Part shown: piece by piece, positions 47,047 through 49,145 of the stretch | Position numbering within the stretch: the first letter of the stretch is position 1 | Layout: each line of letters begins with the position of its first letter | DNA from: Clostridia bacterium | GTDB taxonomy: Bacteria; Bacillota; Clostridia; Oscillospirales; CAG-382 | Length of the DNA: 49,145 bases | Assembly: GCA_017549405.1 (NCBI GenBank) | Contig: JAFYUY010000027.1 | Span: 1-49,145 of the forward strand | Direction of reading: 5' to 3' | The notes under the pieces: generated by a model | Told to the model about the DNA's origin: nothing | The model's input: only the letters and a program-made list of their open reading frames with translations | Databases searched by the model: none | Translations under genes and position numbers: made by a program

Positions 47047-49145
47047 ATGACAGAAAGAATTGAAAGAATGGTTAAAGGGGTTTTAAAAAAATCAATCTAC
47101 CCCGAACCAAAGTCGGTAGAATATGACAGGCAAGATTTATTTTTACCTGATGTAATACTTCAGACCAAAAGATTGTGCGATTATATGATAGCTCAGGATG
47201 TGGCAATTTCCGATGATGCAAGACTTATAGGGCAAATAAGATTTGATAATTGTCCGTATCCTTCAAACTTTATGGCACAGACGGGTGCTAAACATTTTCA
47301 GGAAATGTGTAGTTATTTTTATAACAAGCCTTTTGAAAATTTATGTACTCTTGAGTGGCAACACGCAACGCCTAATTTTGCCGATGTTATTGAAAACGGA
47401 ATAGAAGGGATAAAAGAGCGCATAAATAAATCTCTGACAGAACATAAAGGCAACGAAAAAAAAGAAGAGTTTTTAAATGCTTGCCTTATGATGTGTGACG
47501 GAATAATTGCGTGGCAGAATAAATGCTTAGAGGCTTGTTTGAATTTAGCGGAAAGCACAAAAGACGAAGTAAGAAAAGAAGAGCTTCTTTTGATGGCAGA
47601 AAACTTAAAAAGAGTGCCCAGATATCCTGCAAGAAACTTTTACGAAGCTGTTCAGAGTTTATATTTTTGCTTTGACTTTTTAACTGATAGTATAGGCACA
47701 CCTGACAGATATCTGTACAAATATTACATTAACGATATAAAAAACGGCACTTTGACAGAGGGAGAAGCCACAGAGCTTCTACAGGAACTTTTTATGAGAA
47801 TACAAAGCTTCACCCGTGTTGAGAGCGATAATTTTACCCGAGGCGGAGAAAGTCATTTTTCTGTGGGAGGATACACTCTTGAAAAAGAGGATGGCTATAA
47901 TGAGCTTTCTGAATTAATCTTAAATGCACTGATGGATATTCCGCTTTATATTCCGCAAGTTTCCTTGCGTTGGACACCCAAAACGCCATTTAAAACATTT
48001 CTTCACGTTATGGATTTAGCGAGAAAAGATACAAACAAGCGCATTGCATTTGTCAATGACGAACCAAGAATAACAGCGTTTATGGAAAATGGTGCTATCA
48101 GTTGGGAGGATGCTGTGAATTACACAATGGTTGGTTGCAATGAGCCGGCACTTCAAGGCGGAATGTGGTCAGGGTCAAGCTCAAGTAATCCGGTGCGTTG
48201 TTTAGAGTGCACATTATACGACAGACAAGAAGATATCATAAATGCCGAAAGCTTTGATGAGTTCTTTGAAATTTTTAAAGAAGAACTGCACAAAAAAATG
48301 GCGCGTAGCAGAGAAATCGACAATTATTTCAACTATGTTCGCTCAAAGGATATAAATGTACTGGGAAGCCTGTTCTTGAAAGGTTGTATAGAAACAGCAA
48401 CTTCCGTCACAGGAGGCGGTGCTGTTGCAATGTCAGGACTTGGCGGTGGAGCCGGAATGGTATGTGTAATAGATTCGCTTTCGATTATTAAGCAGTTCGT
48501 ATATGAAGAAAAAATTATTTCAATGAAAGAGCTTTTAACTGCTCTTGAAAGCAACTGGGAAGGTTACGAAGAGCTCCATAGCCTCATTTTGAAAAAGGGT
48601 AAATTTTTCGGAAATGATTATGAACTGTCAAACGAGGTTGCACGCAGATACACAACAGCTATTCACGAATACGCCAAAGATAAAACTAATATTTTTGGTA
48701 AAAGATATGTCGCAGGCAATCTGGTTGGATACAATCCTCATAACGTATTCTTTGGAAAAATGACAAAAGCAACACCTGATGGTAGATACGAGGGCGACCC
48801 ATTCTCCGTAATAGGCATTTGTCAAAATGAAGGCAAGGATAGAGAAGGGCTCAGTGCTCTTTTAAATTCGGTAGCACAGTATGACCCGACACATCATTTT
48901 TGTGGTCCGTCAGTAACAAATGTAAATCTCGATGAATCTTTAATATATAACAACGAAAACTTCAAAAAAACTGTTAAACTAATCGAAACATATTTTAAAC
49001 AAGGCGGTATTCACATTCAAATTAATACAGTCAAAAGAGAAGAATTGATTGCTGCAAAAGAAAATCCCGAAAAGTACAAAAGTTTGAGAGTAAGAGTCAG
49101 CGGTTTTTCAGATTATTTTGTAAATTTATCTGAGCCACTTCAGGA
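47047..49145 (+). CDS. glycyl radical enzyme (PFL2/glycerol-dehydratase-like family), 3' end truncated by the window
   Basis: Not in the supplied ORF track because no stop falls in the window. I translated frame 1 by hand for 47047-48180 and again for the last ~65 nt of the window; both stretches are open. The stretch between was not translated codon by codon. SD aaaggag. ARNFYEAVQSLYF, Cys loop MVGCNEPA, glycyl motif LRVRVSGFSDYF near the window end. Confidence 0.85.
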   Translation, partial: MTERIERMVKGVLKKSIYPEPKSVEYDRQDLFLPDVILQTKRLCDYMIAQDVAISDDARLIGQIRFDNCPYPSNFMAQTGAKHFQEMCSYFYNKPFENLCTLEWQHATPNFADVIENGIEGIKERINKSLTEHKGNEKKEEFLNACLMMCDGIIAWQNKCLEACLNLAESTKDEVRKEELLLMAENLKRVPRYPARNFYEAVQSLYFCFDFLTDSIGTPDRYLYKYYINDIKNGTLTEGEATELLQELFMRIQSFTRVESDNFTRGGESHFSVGGYTLEKEDGYNELSELILNALMDIPLYIPQVSLRWTPKTPFKTFLHVMDLARKDTNKRIAFVNDEPRITAFMENGAISWEDAVNYTMVGCNEPALQGGMWSGSSSSNPVRCLECTLYDRQEDIINAESFDEFFEIFKEELHKKMARSREIDNYFNYVRSKDINVLGSLFLKGCIETATSVTGGGAVAMSGLGGGAGMVCVIDSLSIIKQFVYEEKIISMKELLTALESNWEGYEELHSLILKKGKFFGNDYELSNEVARRYTTAIHEYAKDKTNIFGKRYVAGNLVGYNPHNVFFGKMTKATPDGRYEGDPFSVIGICQNEGKDREGLSALLNSVAQYDPTHHFCGPSVTNVNLDESLIYNNENFKKTVKLIETYFKQGGIHIQINTVKREELIAAKENPEKYKSLRVRVSGFSDYFVNLSEPLQ

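Overview
This window is the replication-origin region of a spore-forming Bacillota (Clostridia-type) chromosome. The core is rsmG-dnaA-[oriC]-dnaN-recF-remB-gyrB. Gene orientation switches near 15.43 kb: genes at 6.2-15.4 kb are on the minus strand and genes at 15.45-34.9 kb are on the plus strand. Right of the origin lie alaS, a HIT protein, a phosphoribosyltransferase, holA, an orphan histidine kinase, mreB, tandem parS sites, holB, ricT, a BNR protein, a large SLH wall protein and spoIVB. Left of the origin is an RNA-maturation cluster: a QueG fusion, a Toprim-CCA-adding enzyme fusion, tmcAL and nrnA. Further left are patatin, a histidine phosphatase, a DapA-family enzyme, a serine hydrolase, a RAYT-type Y1 transposase, a DUF4091 protein and tRNA-Leu(UAG) beside a small AT-rich islet. 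Five observations stand out. (1) Four tandem arrays share one architecture: an invariant 6-7 nt word alternating with short variable palindromic hairpins, mostly with TTC loops. Two GCTAAAT arrays sit in mirror orientation about 5-6 kb either side of oriC. (2) A 5.4-kb amino-sugar cassette with no integrase is bounded by two 131-bp copies of the spoIVB 3' end that differ almost only at synonymous positions. (3) Several domain fusions are unusual: Toprim-CCA, QueG-acyltransferase-like, NanE-MurQ, and RicT with a 260-aa Lys/Asn-rich extension. (4) holB appears to carry a -1 frameshift near its 3' end. (5) GTAG-type REP-like hairpins are present together with the RAYT gene. The window ends inside a glycyl-radical enzyme gene that is missing from the ORF track. 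All family calls rest on motif recognition by eye; no database search was run.
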